Assembly: GCA_038247415.1 (NCBI GenBank)
Contig: JBBRUX010000015.1
Coordinates: 11,929-75,928, forward strand
From: Chitinivibrionales bacterium
GTDB taxonomy: Bacteria; Fibrobacterota; Chitinivibrionia; Chitinivibrionales; WJKA01
Direction: 5' to 3'
Length of the DNA stretch: 64,000 nt
Part shown: positions 29,682 to 39,633 of the stretch, in pieces
How the letters are laid out: each line of letters begins with the position of its first letter
Numbering within the stretch: the first letter of the stretch is position 1
Notes under the pieces: generated by a model
The model's database searches: none
Told to the model about the DNA's origin: nothing
Seen by the model: only the letters and a program-made list of their open reading frames with translations
Program-made: the position numbers and the translations under genes

Positions 29682-31283
29682 ATGAAATATTCGAATTTTG
29701 TACGAGCTCTTTTTGTGGTAAGTTGTATTGGTCTGGGATCTCGTGTGTTTGCGGTAAGCACCCCTCCGACAAACGACAACCTTTCTAAAGGGCTTATTGC
29801 TCTTGGTCATAACGAAATCCCCGAAGCAATTAAATTGCTAAATGCGGCCCTCTTGGATGACTCGTTATCCTCTCGTGCCTACATGGGTCTTGGTAATGCT
29901 TACATAAAATCTGGTGATTATGCGCAAGCCGCCACAATGCTTGAAAAGGCTGCGCAACTTGACCCTACGCATACCGGCGTGCAATCGAATTTGGCCACTG
30001 CGTATGTATTGAATGGATTTCCACATAAGGCTATTGCACTGTATCAAAAGCTTATTCTGAATGAAACAACAAATGCAGAGTGGCACAATAATTTGGCGGC
30101 TGTGTATCAATCTATCAATAATTTACCTTCGGCAATTGCCGAATGGGAACGAGCAATAGGCTTAAAGCCAACCGAAATGTCGTATTATATTCGGGTTGCG
30201 AGTTTGTATGAAACCATGAATGCTATTCAGAAAGCGCAGCATACCTATGAAAAAGCCATTGCTATAAATCCCCGAAGTGATGAGGTGTTGGTTTCTTTGG
30301 GGGTTCTGTATCGTAATCAATCGAATTATGAGAAGGCTTCAGAATTTTTTATTCGCGCTCAAAAGGCCTCGCCAGAGTCGTATCGGGCTGTTGGCGAAAT
30401 GGGTGTACTTCTTGATATGCAGGGAAAACTTGATGCTGCTATTGTCCGTTATTCACAAGCAGTTTCCCTCAATCGGAAAGATACAAAGTATATGGAGGCG
30501 CTTGCCGGAGCGCATGTGCGAAAAGGGGATTTTGCAGCAGCGGGGAGTTATTTCAGACAATTACTCTCTAAAAATCCCGACTCGAAGCGTTTACATGGAG
30601 AGCTTGGTATCTGTTTGCTTAATGGGAAAGACTATTATGCAGCCATTGGGGAACTTAAAATTGCAACTGCCGATTCGCTCCTGATGCGTAAATATTTGAA
30701 TGCTTTGGGTTTAGCGTATGTTGGTTTAGAAAAATACGAATTGGCACTGAGTTGCTACGAAGATGTAATAAAAGTAGACCCAGATAATCGTGATGCTCGT
30801 TTGCAAACGGGCATTATTGCTTATAAATTAAATCAGTATCCCAAAGCCGAAAAATACCTGAGGGGTGTGCTCGCCCTTGCTCCTGGGGAATCCGATGCGG
30901 TATTCTATATGGGAATGATACAAATTGCACAAAGTAATTTTGATGGCGCTCTCAAGTTTTTTCAAGATTTACTTTCGCTCTCTCAGATCGACGCTCGAGC
31001 ATATTACGGAAGGGGATTGGTGTATGCTAAAAAATCTAATCCTCAAAAAGCAATCGAAAATTTTCTGGAGTGTATTAAAATAAACAATACATATTTAGAT
31101 GCGCATTGGGAGCTTGGAAAGCTTTATGAAGGCGTTGGATATATGCAGGATGCCTATAACGAATATAAGAAGATTCTGACCATTAATCCTAATTATACCT
31201 ATCGGGATCTTGTAAAGGAAAAACTTGTAAGATTACATGATGGCAAAGCTGGTATAGTTGATAACGATTGGAAAAATTATTAA
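29682..31283 (+). CDS. exported TPR repeat protein
   Basis: AGGAGG RBS before ATG 29682; signal peptide; tandem TPRs throughout. Confidence 0.85.
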   Translation: MKYSNFVRALFVVSCIGLGSRVFAVSTPPTNDNLSKGLIALGHNEIPEAIKLLNAALLDDSLSSRAYMGLGNAYIKSGDYAQAATMLEKAAQLDPTHTGVQSNLATAYVLNGFPHKAIALYQKLILNETTNAEWHNNLAAVYQSINNLPSAIAEWERAIGLKPTEMSYYIRVASLYETMNAIQKAQHTYEKAIAINPRSDEVLVSLGVLYRNQSNYEKASEFFIRAQKASPESYRAVGEMGVLLDMQGKLDAAIVRYSQAVSLNRKDTKYMEALAGAHVRKGDFAAAGSYFRQLLSKNPDSKRLHGELGICLLNGKDYYAAIGELKIATADSLLMRKYLNALGLAYVGLEKYELALSCYEDVIKVDPDNRDARLQTGIIAYKLNQYPKAEKYLRGVLALAPGESDAVFYMGMIQIAQSNFDGALKFFQDLLSLSQIDARAYYGRGLVYAKKSNPQKAIENFLECIKINNTYLDAHWELGKLYEGVGYMQDAYNEYKKILTINPNYTYRDLVKEKLVRLHDGKAGIVDNDWKNY

Positions 31284-31302
31284 TTGTAATATTGATACTT
31301 GA

Positions 31303-31326
31303 TGTGTGGGGAATCTATCCCACACA
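31303..31326. terminator. hairpin between convergent genes (possible bidirectional terminator)
   Basis: TGTGTGGG-N8-CCCACACA. Confidence 0.55.
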
Positions 31327-31351
31327 ATCGTTAAGTTTTATTCTCTCGAAT

Positions 31352-34180
31352 TTATAAATATTCCTTTAAAAATTTCCCCGTCACCGATGCTTTGTTTGCA
31401 ACAATCTCCTCAGGGGTTCCCGTTGCAACGATAATTCCGCCTTTGTCCCCACCATCGGGTCCAAGATCAAGAATATAATCGGCACATTTGATTACATCGA
31501 GATTGTGCTCAATAACAACAATAGTATTGCCTCTGTCAACAAGTTCGGCAAGTACGGTCATGAGCAACCGGATATCTTCAAAATGAAGACCTGTGGTAGG
31601 CTCATCGAGAATATAGAGGGTTTGGCCCGTGGCACGTTTAGAGAGTTCTGCTGCAAGCTTAATGCGTTGCGCTTCCCCGCCAGAGAGCGTTGTAGCTTGT
31701 TGGCCAAGATGGATATATCCCAGACCAACGGACGAAAGAACCGATAGCTTCGATTTGAGCTGCGGGATTTTATCAAAGAATAAAAGAGCTTCGTCGATCG
31801 TCATATCTAGAATATCTGCAATAGATTTTCCTTTAAAGGTAATTTCGAGAGTTTCTCTATTGTATCGTTTCCCATGGCATGCTTCGCATTCAACATACAC
31901 ATCGGGAAGAAAATGCATCTCGATTTTATTGACACCATCGCCCTCACAAGATTCGCAACGTCCGCCCTTTACATTGAACGAAAACCGCCCTGGTTCATAG
32001 CCACGAATCTTGCTTTCTGGGAGTGTCGCAAACAGCGTGCGAATTGGATCGAATGTTTTTGTATACGTCGCTGGGTTTGATCGAGGGGTACGTCCAATGG
32101 GAGATTGATCGATTGCGATAACTTTATCGAGATTTGACAATCCCTTGATAGCCTTATAGGCTAATGGTTGAGCTTTGGCATTATAGAGCTTTTTAGCAAG
32201 CGCAGGATAGAGCGTTTGGTTAATGAGCGAACTCTTTCCCGAGCCGCTTACTCCGGTTACGCACACCATAGTGCCTAAAGGAAATGATGCTGAAACATTT
32301 TTGAGATTGTGTCCCGATGCCCCGGTAATTTCTATGTGCTTTCCATTGCCCGGTCGCCGAGAGGTTGGAGCGGGAATAGATTTTTTGCCGGTGAGATAAG
32401 GCCCTGTTACAGATGCCGGATTGGCCATGATTTCTTTTGGGGTACCCATAGCGACTATAGATCCGCCCTTGACTCCTGCTCCGGGCCCCATATCAATAAT
32501 ACAATCTGCAGCAAACATGGTTTCTTTGTCGTGCTCGATAACGATTACGGTGTTGCCAATGTCGCGCAATGAGGTGAGTGTCGAAAGCAATTTTTCGTTA
32601 TCGCGGGGATGAAGCCCTATACTTGGTTCATCGAGAATGTAAATGACCCCTGTTAGCTTAGATCCTATTTGTGTTGCAAGCCTAATGCGTTGAGATTCTC
32701 CACCAGAAAGGGTGGCGGAGTTTCGCGAAAGTGACAAATAGGATAATCCAACATTTTTTAAAAAATCGAGCCTTTGTGAAACTTCTTTAAGAATAGGACG
32801 GGCAATTTGTTCGTGACGTTTTGTGAGTGTGATATCTTTAAAAAAGAGCCCGAGTGTTTCTATTGACATTTTGGATAATTCGGCTATGGAGCGATTGCCA
32901 ATAAAAATGGCAAGGCTTTCTTTGCGGAGTCGATCTCCTTTGCACGCAGGACAGGGCTTTTGAGACATGTAGCCCTCAATCCATCGACGAACATCTTCGG
33001 AGGAGGATTCTTTGTAGCGTCGCAAGAGATTTGGTGTAACTCCTTCGAAATGCTTATTGAATTGGCCATGACCTTCTCCCGAACGCGCTTGCCATTTCAT
33101 GGTTATTTTTTCGTCGCCGGCACCCATAAAGAGAATCTCTTTTTGGCTTTGCGATAGCGATGAAAAGGGCTTGTCGAGGGGAATTCCAAAGTGTTTACTA
33201 ACAGAAACCAGGATTTGATGATTCCAACCCCCCATAATGGTTGCACCATTCCAAGGAACAATGGCTCCCTCAAGAAGCGTTTTTGATGTGTCGGGAACGC
33301 ACAGGTCGGGATCTATTTCCAAAAGGTAACCAAGGCCATCGCAGGTTGGGCATGCACCAAAAGGATTGTTAAACGAAAACATGCGGGGTGTGAGTTCGTC
33401 GTAGCTTATCGAGCAATGAGGACACGCTAAGCGTTCCGAATAAATAGCTTCGTCGCCCTCGACAAGGTGAATTTTAATGGTTCCGTTAGAAGAGAGCTTA
33501 AAGGCAGTTTCGAGCGATTCGGTAAGGCGCGACCGAACGTTGCTCTGATTTACAAGACGGTCGATGATAACATCGATCGAATGCTTTTTGTTTTTATCCA
33601 GGGGGATTGGATCTTCGAGAAGATGATCTATGTTGTCGACACGAGCCCTGACAAATCCATCTTTAAGAAGTTTATCGAAAAGATCTTTGTATTCGCCTTT
33701 TCGTCCGGAAACAACGGGCGACAAAACGGAAAATTTTGTCCCCACAGCGAAGGCCATAATTTTGTCGGTTATTTCCTGAATTGTTTGTCGGGTGATGGGG
33801 CGATGGCATTTATAACAGGTTGGGTCTCCAACGCGAGCATACAAGAGACGAAGATAATCGTGAATTTCTGTAACTGTGCCTACAGTTGATCGAGGATTAT
33901 GACTGGTCGTTTTTTGCTCAATTGATATAGCGGGTGAAAGACCCTCGATGGAATCGACATCGGGTTTTTCCATAAGCCCCAGAAATTGCCGCGCATAGGC
34001 CGAGAGCGATTCTACATACCGCCGTTGACCTTCTGAGTAGATCGTGTCAAATGCCAGCGAAGATTTACCCGAACCGGACAATCCGGTAATAACGGTAAGT
34101 TCGTTACGTGGAATTGAGACGCTGATGTTTTTAAGGTTGTGCTCTCGAGCACCCTTTATCGTTATAAAATTGCTTTGCAT
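31352..34180 (-). CDS. uvrA: excinuclease ABC subunit A
   Basis: start at [18 protein letters not shown]; two GxSGSGKS Walker A, LSGGE signatures, CxxC zinc fingers. Confidence 0.98.
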   Translation of the reverse strand: MQSNFITIKGAREHNLKNISVSIPRNELTVITGLSGSGKSSLAFDTIYSEGQRRYVESLSAYARQFLGLMEKPDVDSIEGLSPAISIEQKTTSHNPRSTVGTVTEIHDYLRLLYARVGDPTCYKCHRPITRQTIQEITDKIMAFAVGTKFSVLSPVVSGRKGEYKDLFDKLLKDGFVRARVDNIDHLLEDPIPLDKNKKHSIDVIIDRLVNQSNVRSRLTESLETAFKLSSNGTIKIHLVEGDEAIYSERLACPHCSISYDELTPRMFSFNNPFGACPTCDGLGYLLEIDPDLCVPDTSKTLLEGAIVPWNGATIMGGWNHQILVSVSKHFGIPLDKPFSSLSQSQKEILFMGAGDEKITMKWQARSGEGHGQFNKHFEGVTPNLLRRYKESSSEDVRRWIEGYMSQKPCPACKGDRLRKESLAIFIGNRSIAELSKMSIETLGLFFKDITLTKRHEQIARPILKEVSQRLDFLKNVGLSYLSLSRNSATLSGGESQRIRLATQIGSKLTGVIYILDEPSIGLHPRDNEKLLSTLTSLRDIGNTVIVIEHDKETMFAADCIIDMGPGAGVKGGSIVAMGTPKEIMANPASVTGPYLTGKKSIPAPTSRRPGNGKHIEITGASGHNLKNVSASFPLGTMVCVTGVSGSGKSSLINQTLYPALAKKLYNAKAQPLAYKAIKGLSNLDKVIAIDQSPIGRTPRSNPATYTKTFDPIRTLFATLPESKIRGYEPGRFSFNVKGGRCESCEGDGVNKIEMHFLPDVYVECEACHGKRYNRETLEITFKGKSIADILDMTIDEALLFFDKIPQLKSKLSVLSSVGLGYIHLGQQATTLSGGEAQRIKLAAELSKRATGQTLYILDEPTTGLHFEDIRLLMTVLAELVDRGNTIVVIEHNLDVIKCADYILDLGPDGGDKGGIIVATGTPEEIVANKASVTGKFLKEYL

Positions 34181-34206
34181 ATTTTTTACAAGAGGGGGGA
34201 AAAGGA

Positions 34207-34632
34207 TTAGATTGCGGTGGTAATGCCCTGCAGATCTTTGTGGTAAGAAACCCATGCACTAGCAATACCTTCGGCCACTTTATTGCGATCGAATGGTTTG
34301 AAAAAGAAAGGGCATTTCATGGTTTTATTAATTTTTACGAGGGTGTGCTTAGGATTATAGCCAAAACCAGTCATAAGGGCTGTTTGGCACGGGATCTTGA
34401 GTTCCCTGATTTTGGAAATGAACTCATATCCATCCATCTCGGGCATGGCAATATCGGTAAGCACGAGAAAGAACGATTTGTTTTCGAGCTTTGTAAAGGC
34501 GATGTTAACCGAATTTACAACGGTAACAACCCACCCAAGCGATTCGAGAAAGATGCGCAAGAAATCCAGAACGTCATCTTCGTCGTCTACTACCAGGATA
34601 TGGCGATTATTTTCTTTTTGTAAATAGTTCAT
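34207..34632 (-). CDS. single-domain response regulator receiver
   Basis: LVVDDE, TDIAMP (phospho-Asp), MTG, KPF. Confidence 0.9.
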   Translation of the reverse strand: MNYLQKENNRHILVVDDEDDVLDFLRIFLESLGWVVTVVNSVNIAFTKLENKSFFLVLTDIAMPEMDGYEFISKIRELKIPCQTALMTGFGYNPKHTLVKINKTMKCPFFFKPFDRNKVAEGIASAWVSYHKDLQGITTAI

Positions 34633-34993
34633 CTATTTTTGTCAACAATTCTTTTTTGCCAAAGGGTTTGGTAATGTACGCATCGGCCTTCATGACATGT
34701 AATCCAACCATTTCATCGAAGCCGGCCGCTCGAGCAGTAAGAATGCCTATGGGAAGCGATTTGAAATCGGGGTTATTGCGCACCTTTTTAAATATCTCCC
34801 AACCATCAATGCCGGGCATGTGGAGATCCAGCAAAAGTGCTTCTGGTTTTAAATCGAGAACTCGTTGATATGCAGAGAGCGGATCGAGTTCGGTAAATAC
34901 TTCGTATTCGCCGTTTGTTTCGAGAACAAGTTTAACGAGCTCTGCAATATCCGGTTCGTCATCAACAACAAGAATCTTTTTCATTCGATACAT
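34607..34993 (-). CDS. single-domain response regulator receiver
   Basis: ILVVDDE, LLDLHMP, LTA, KPF. Confidence 0.92.
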   Translation of the reverse strand: MYRMKKILVVDDEPDIAELVKLVLETNGEYEVFTELDPLSAYQRVLDLKPEALLLDLHMPGIDGWEIFKKVRNNPDFKSLPIGILTARAAGFDEMVGLHVMKADAYITKPFGKKELLTKIDELFTKRK

Positions 34994-34994
34994 C

Positions 34995-35294
34995 CTATCG
35001 CTTCAAGTGTTCTCCAAAGAGCCAATGCCAATAAGGCAGAATGGCGATAACTGCAAGGACTCCGGCAATGAATCGAAGAATTGAGGATACATAGTCGGGA
35101 ATATGAACGGTAAAGCTGTATCTGAGTGAATCGAGACCAAATGCGAAAAACACAAGCGCAATGCTCAGGTATAAGAGCTTGTAAATCGGAGTGATTTTAA
35201 GCGCAGACCCGAGCTGATAGGAAAGATGTGCCAACAGCAAAAACAAAAGGATGGTGGCACAATCAAAAAGAAATAAATATTCAAACATGATCAT
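34995..35294 (-). CDS. small 3-TM membrane protein
   Basis: 99 aa, three hydrophobic helices, 'LS.QLG.ALK..P.YK', 'YWHWLF.E'. Confidence 0.7.
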   Translation of the reverse strand: MIMFEYLFLFDCATILLFLLLAHLSYQLGSALKITPIYKLLYLSIALVFFAFGLDSLRYSFTVHIPDYVSSILRFIAGVLAVIAILPYWHWLFGEHLKR

Positions 35295-35316
35295 GGTGCT
35301 TAAAATGCCCCACAGT

Positions 35317-35616
35317 TTATTTACGTATGCGTTTCATTCGATAGTACAGACTAATAACATTTAGTGCCATTGCAATAGCACAGGAAATAAGGCCAATCGT
35401 TTGAGCAGCTGCAATAATCAGGGACGGATTCTTAAAAATGGGAACGCTAAGAGCAACAACTAACCCAATGACTGCTGCAAATAAAAAACCAGCCTTTGGG
35501 GAGTACTCGGAAAATTTTCGTTGATAAAATGACGAAATAAGATAGCATACGATATTAAGAAATACTACACTCACGATGTATCCGGCAACAAGGATTCCAA
35601 TCATGGTGCTATTCAT
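35317..35616 (-). CDS. small 3-TM membrane protein
   Basis: 99 aa, three hydrophobic helices, 'FYQRKF' loop. Confidence 0.7.
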   Translation of the reverse strand: MNSTMIGILVAGYIVSVVFLNIVCYLISSFYQRKFSEYSPKAGFLFAAVIGLVVALSVPIFKNPSLIIAAAQTIGLISCAIAMALNVISLYYRMKRIRK

Positions 35617-35622
35617 AATTCT

Positions 35623-36396
35623 TTATTTCTTTTTTCCAAATACATTAACAAATGCATCTTGCGGGGTGTGATGAGTTATACCGCTCATGATACCTTCGCG
35701 TCCTGAAAATTTAGCTTCTACTTCGATGCCTGTTGGCGTTGTGCGGAAGCAACGAATGTCTTTATCGTGATTTGATCCGCGCATTTTTAGCACAATGAGT
35801 GCCTTTTCGATTGCACTATCGATTTCTACATACCGAAGGAGCATGTAGGTATCCACGATGAATGGAGTCTTGCTTGTCACACGACTCATTTCTCCCAAAA
35901 GACTATCATTTTCACGAAGCAATAGACTCGTGACGCCTTCTCGCTTGAGCGAATTGATAAATCGGCGTTCGATTTCCCGTCGATCGAATTCATCGATGGA
36001 GAGAGATTCGAAATGGGTCATGCTATCGATGGCCACGCGCTTAATTCCCATTTTTTCGATAATGGAAACAAATTCGCCGTCGAGTTTATCCAGTTCCTGA
36101 ACTGTTGTCTCTGGATCTGAGAAAATAATTTTTAAGGTACCTTGTGCTTCGAGCGCTTTGAGATCCCAGCCAAGCTGCAGAGCATCGTGGTAATATTGTT
36201 GTGGAAATTCCTCGAAGGTGATAATAAGCCCGGGTTCATTGAACTTGGTAATGCCATTAAAAATAAATTGCATTGCCAAGGTGGTTTTTCCGGTGCCAGG
36301 AGCACCTTCAATCAAATTTGCCGATCCGGGTAACAAGCCACCATCGACCATTTTGTCGAGGGCTTTGATCCCGAACGGAACGCGGACATCTGCCAT
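35623..36396 (-). CDS. single-domain KaiC-like (RecA superfamily) ATPase
   Basis: GAPGTGKT, ITFEE, VAIDS, VLKMRGSNH. Confidence 0.9.
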   Translation of the reverse strand: MADVRVPFGIKALDKMVDGGLLPGSANLIEGAPGTGKTTLAMQFIFNGITKFNEPGLIITFEEFPQQYYHDALQLGWDLKALEAQGTLKIIFSDPETTVQELDKLDGEFVSIIEKMGIKRVAIDSMTHFESLSIDEFDRREIERRFINSLKREGVTSLLLRENDSLLGEMSRVTSKTPFIVDTYMLLRYVEIDSAIEKALIVLKMRGSNHDKDIRCFRTTPTGIEVEAKFSGREGIMSGITHHTPQDAFVNVFGKKK

Positions 36397-36419
36397 GGTA
36401 GTGCCTTCCGTTAATGGTA

Positions 36420-37349
36420 TCAGGAAAACAAATGGGCGATAACCGCCTTTTGAATATGTAAGCGGTTTTCCGCTTCGTCAAACGCTATCGAATTTTCAGA
36501 ATCGAGAACATCGCTTGAAATCTCTTCCCCGCGATGAGCTGGTAAACAGTGAGAGACGAATGCATGCTTAGGCGCATGCGACATTAATTCGGTATTTACC
36601 TGAAATGCCTTAAAATCTTGTTTGCGTTTTTCGGCTTCGTTTTCTTGCCCCATGCTTGCCCAGACATCGGTATATACTACTGTAGCCTTTGCAACCGCTT
36701 CTTTTGGGCTTGTGTTCACGGAAATAGTACTACCCGATTTTTGGGCGAGTACTAAGCATTCATCGAGCATCTGCTTGCGTGGTTCGTATCCATGCGGGCT
36801 AGCAATAACAAAGTTGTTTCCAGTAATTGCGCATAACGCCATTAAAGAATTGCAGACATTGTTACCATCGCCAATAAATACAACCGTGTGTCCGGAAAAA
36901 GATCCGGTTCTCTCGAAAATAGTTAGCGCCAACGCAAGTGCTTGGCATGGGTGGTGTTCGTCGGAAAGCGCATTGATAACGGGAACAGAGCAGTGTCGAG
37001 CAAGTTCGGCAATTGTTGTATGATAAAAGGTTCTCGCTATGATGCAATGCACAATTCGTTCGAGGTTACGGGCAACATCGGCAACAGTCTCCCGTTTACC
37101 GATTTGAACCATGGAGGGATCGAGGTTAATAGGATGTCCGCCAAGTTCGTGAATTGCTGTTTCGAATGAAATGCGTGTTCGAAGTGATGGTTTTTCGAAA
37201 ATAAGTACGCATGTTTTGCCAGCAAGAGTTTTCGGGTCGGAAATAAGTCTGTTTTTTTTAAGCCCGACCGCTGCTACGAGAAGGTGTTGGATTTCTTCAT
37301 GAGACAAATCGGCTATACTAAGCAAGTCTTTAGCGTGTGAAAATGTCAT
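36420..37349 (-). CDS. argF: ornithine carbamoyltransferase
   Basis: FEKPSLRTR, HPCQ, DVWASMG, HCLP, EAENRLH. Confidence 0.93.
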   Translation of the reverse strand: MTFSHAKDLLSIADLSHEEIQHLLVAAVGLKKNRLISDPKTLAGKTCVLIFEKPSLRTRISFETAIHELGGHPINLDPSMVQIGKRETVADVARNLERIVHCIIARTFYHTTIAELARHCSVPVINALSDEHHPCQALALALTIFERTGSFSGHTVVFIGDGNNVCNSLMALCAITGNNFVIASPHGYEPRKQMLDECLVLAQKSGSTISVNTSPKEAVAKATVVYTDVWASMGQENEAEKRKQDFKAFQVNTELMSHAPKHAFVSHCLPAHRGEEISSDVLDSENSIAFDEAENRLHIQKAVIAHLFS

Positions 37350-37602
37350 ACCTGATGCTTCCTGAATTCGAACCTCACATCCAATATTATGAATGCATAG
37401 GCAAAATAAGAAAGTTTATAAAATACATGTTTCCGGTAGCTCGTTGGCAAGTTGGATCAATTTATTCTCAAACCTTTTTTTTAAAGATCTTGCGTTTACA
37501 TTGTACACCACACATATTAATGAAAGAAGTCTTCGTGGCACTAATTTGCCATTTGTTGACAAAACACGCTTTGATGACCTGAATTCAAGAGGGGGCGATC
37601 AC

Positions 37603-37920
37603 GTGGAAATCACCGAAGTACGTATCAGTTTGCGCAGTGAGGAGAAGCTTAAAGCTTTCGCAAGCATCACGTTTGATGACTGCTTTGTTGTGCGGGGTCT
37701 TAAAGTAATCAACGGGTCGGACGGCTACTTTGTGTCGATGCCAAGCCGCAAGCATAAGGATGGCACCTATCACGATATCGCCCATCCAATCAATAACGAT
37801 ATGAGAAAACTGATCGAAGATCGGGTATTAGATTCTTTTGAGCAGGAACTTAATCGGGCACAGGCAAACCCTCCCGTGGCAGGAGCCGATGAATCTGCAT
37901 CGGACGATGCAGCTTATTAA
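37603..37920 (+). CDS. spoVG: SpoVG family nucleic-acid-binding regulator
   Basis: GTG start after GAGGGGG; ITEVRI..., LKAFASITFDDCFVVRGLKVI, FVSMPSRK, DIAHPIN. Confidence 0.93.
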   Translation: MEITEVRISLRSEEKLKAFASITFDDCFVVRGLKVINGSDGYFVSMPSRKHKDGTYHDIAHPINNDMRKLIEDRVLDSFEQELNRAQANPPVAGADESASDDAAY

Positions 37921-38085
37921 TCTACGAAAGTATACTGAGATACAGATTGAGCCAGCATTTCGCGCCCCCAAAAGGGGCGTCTCGCGACCGAAATGGAACT
38001 TACGATGGTCTTGCAGGCTTCCGCGAAAAAAAGTATTTTCCTCTTTCTGCTGCCAAATAGTATATTAAACAGTTTCCATTTCTAC

Positions 38086-38157
38086 TGGGGCGTCGACAAG
38101 CGGTAAGTCACGTGGTTTTGGTCCACGTATTCGGAGGTTCGAATCCTTCCGCCCCAG
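38086..38157 (+). tRNA. tRNA-Gln (TTG)
   Basis: TGGGGCG/CGCCCCA acceptor stem, anticodon arm CGTGG-TTTTGGT-CCACG, GGTTCGAATCC T-arm; CCA not encoded. Confidence 0.95.
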
Positions 38158-38200
38158 CTTCTTTTTGAATATTTTTTTTTAATAAACAGGAGGATGTACC

Positions 38201-38884
38201 GTGGATATTGTCAAGCTGAAATCACAAGGTCGCCAAGGCAGTGGCACTGGATATTGCCGCAAAGCACGTGTTCGTGGCTGGATTCCGGCAGTGTATTATG
38301 GTCATGGCGAACAGAGCAAAAACATCGAAGTTGAAGCCGCCGATTTCGCACGCCTTGTTCGCGCAAGAAAAACTGCTCATCTTATCGATCTTTCGCTTGA
38401 AGGTGAAACCGATTCAGTTGCGGTCATCAAAGAAGTTCAAAAGCATGTGCTTATCGATGGTCATTACATCCATTTGGATTTTCAGCATGTGAATATGAAA
38501 GAAAACGTAACCATGGCGGTACCGCTCGAAATGGTCGGTCTTTCTATTGGTGTTAAAGATTTTGGTGGCATTTTAGGGCATCCTATGAAAGAAATCCTTG
38601 TAGAATGTCTGCCTCTTAATATTCCCGAAAAAATCATTGTTGATGTATCTGCACTTAATGTTGGTGAATCTATACATATTAAAGATTTAACTCCTCCTGC
38701 AAACGTAACATTCAAATCTTCTCCAGACGAAGTGGTGGCTGTTGTTACTCGTCCTGCAAAAGAAGAAGAAAAAGCAGTTGTTGCAGATGCCGCAGCCCCT
38801 GCTGCCGGTAAGGGAGACGACAAGAAAAAGGCTGATGCGGCTAAAAAGCCTGATGCAGCAAAAAAGCCAGAAGCAAAGAAGTAA
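38201..38884 (+). CDS. rplY: 50S ribosomal protein L25 (CTC long form)
   Basis: GWIPAVYYG, HLDFQ, GVKDFGG, IHIKDL; AGGAGG RBS. Confidence 0.95.
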   Translation: MDIVKLKSQGRQGSGTGYCRKARVRGWIPAVYYGHGEQSKNIEVEAADFARLVRARKTAHLIDLSLEGETDSVAVIKEVQKHVLIDGHYIHLDFQHVNMKENVTMAVPLEMVGLSIGVKDFGGILGHPMKEILVECLPLNIPEKIIVDVSALNVGESIHIKDLTPPANVTFKSSPDEVVAVVTRPAKEEEKAVVADAAAPAAGKGDDKKKADAAKKPDAAKKPEAKK

Positions 38885-38893
38885 TTTCGCCGT

Positions 38894-39520
38894 ATGGCGT
38901 TTCGCCGGTTCTTTGAACGACTCTTTGGATCTTTCGCTGGGCGAGAGAGCAAACCTATCGACTTTCTTGTTGTCGGCATAGGCAACATCGGATCTCGCTA
39001 CGAAAAAACCCGCCATAATGTTGGTTTTTTTGTGGCAGATTTATTGTGGCAACGCATGGGCACACCACGAAAACAACCTTTGAATCATGCCTTGGTGGCG
39101 TGTGGAGATTGTGCCGGAAAACATATTGCACTCGTATGGCCGCAAGAATTTGTTAACCGAAGTGGTGAAGCTGTTGCAGAGTTGGTTCAAAAGTTTTCGA
39201 TTTCTAAAGAATCGGTTCTTGTACTTGTAGATGATTTTAGCTTGCCGGTTGGAGCGCTGCGGCTACGGGCAAAAGGTTCTGATGGTGGTCATAATGGTCT
39301 TAAGTCTATTATATCTGGCATTGGCGATCAATTCCCCCGTATTCGCATTGGCATAGGCCCGCTTCCTCCAGGTGCAAATGTAGTTGATTTTGTTCTTGGG
39401 GAATTTGCAGAAACAGAACAACCTGTTTTGCAGGCGGTGGTTAAGCGCGCAGCTGATGTTTGTGAAATGTGTTTAACAGAGGGCATTGCTAAAGCACTCA
39501 ATGCTTATAATCGGGTTTAG
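38894..39520 (+). CDS. pth: peptidyl-tRNA hydrolase
   Basis: VGIGNIG..Y..TRHNVGF, GGHNGLKS, RIRIGIG. Confidence 0.95.
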   Translation: MAFRRFFERLFGSFAGRESKPIDFLVVGIGNIGSRYEKTRHNVGFFVADLLWQRMGTPRKQPLNHALVACGDCAGKHIALVWPQEFVNRSGEAVAELVQKFSISKESVLVLVDDFSLPVGALRLRAKGSDGGHNGLKSIISGIGDQFPRIRIGIGPLPPGANVVDFVLGEFAETEQPVLQAVVKRAADVCEMCLTEGIAKALNAYNRV

Positions 39521-39584
39521 ATAGCATACTGTATAGTTTTGGTTTGCCGGGTTATCCGGGTAGTTCTTTTTTTCTTCATTATAA

Positions 39585-39627
39585 TCCTGTTCGGAACAAA
39601 TGTTCCGGGCCATTCGACCAGAGGAGG
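39585..39627 (+). promoter_or_regulatory. putative S6:S18 autoregulatory leader RNA
   Basis: TCCTG...CAGAGGA pairing sequesters the SD; inner TTCGGAAC/GTTCCGGG stem followed by CCA in an internal loop, directly before rpsF. Confidence 0.6.
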
Positions 39628-39633
39628 TTCTGC

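Noticed and set aside
35623..36396. circadian clock (kaiABC)
   Set aside because: Single domain, no kaiA/kaiB, and the canonical phosphosites are absent
37536..37549. sigma54-like TGGCAC...TTGC upstream of spoVG
   Set aside because: Spacing is GG-N9-GC, one base short of the strict GG-N10-GC
37393..37602. N-terminal extensions in the ORF track (spoVG; likewise rpsF, uvrA, dapB, plsR-like, yraN, S2P, cysE, propeller)
   Set aside because: Family homology and/or RBS point to downstream starts; the extensions overlap promoters, terminators or neighbouring genes
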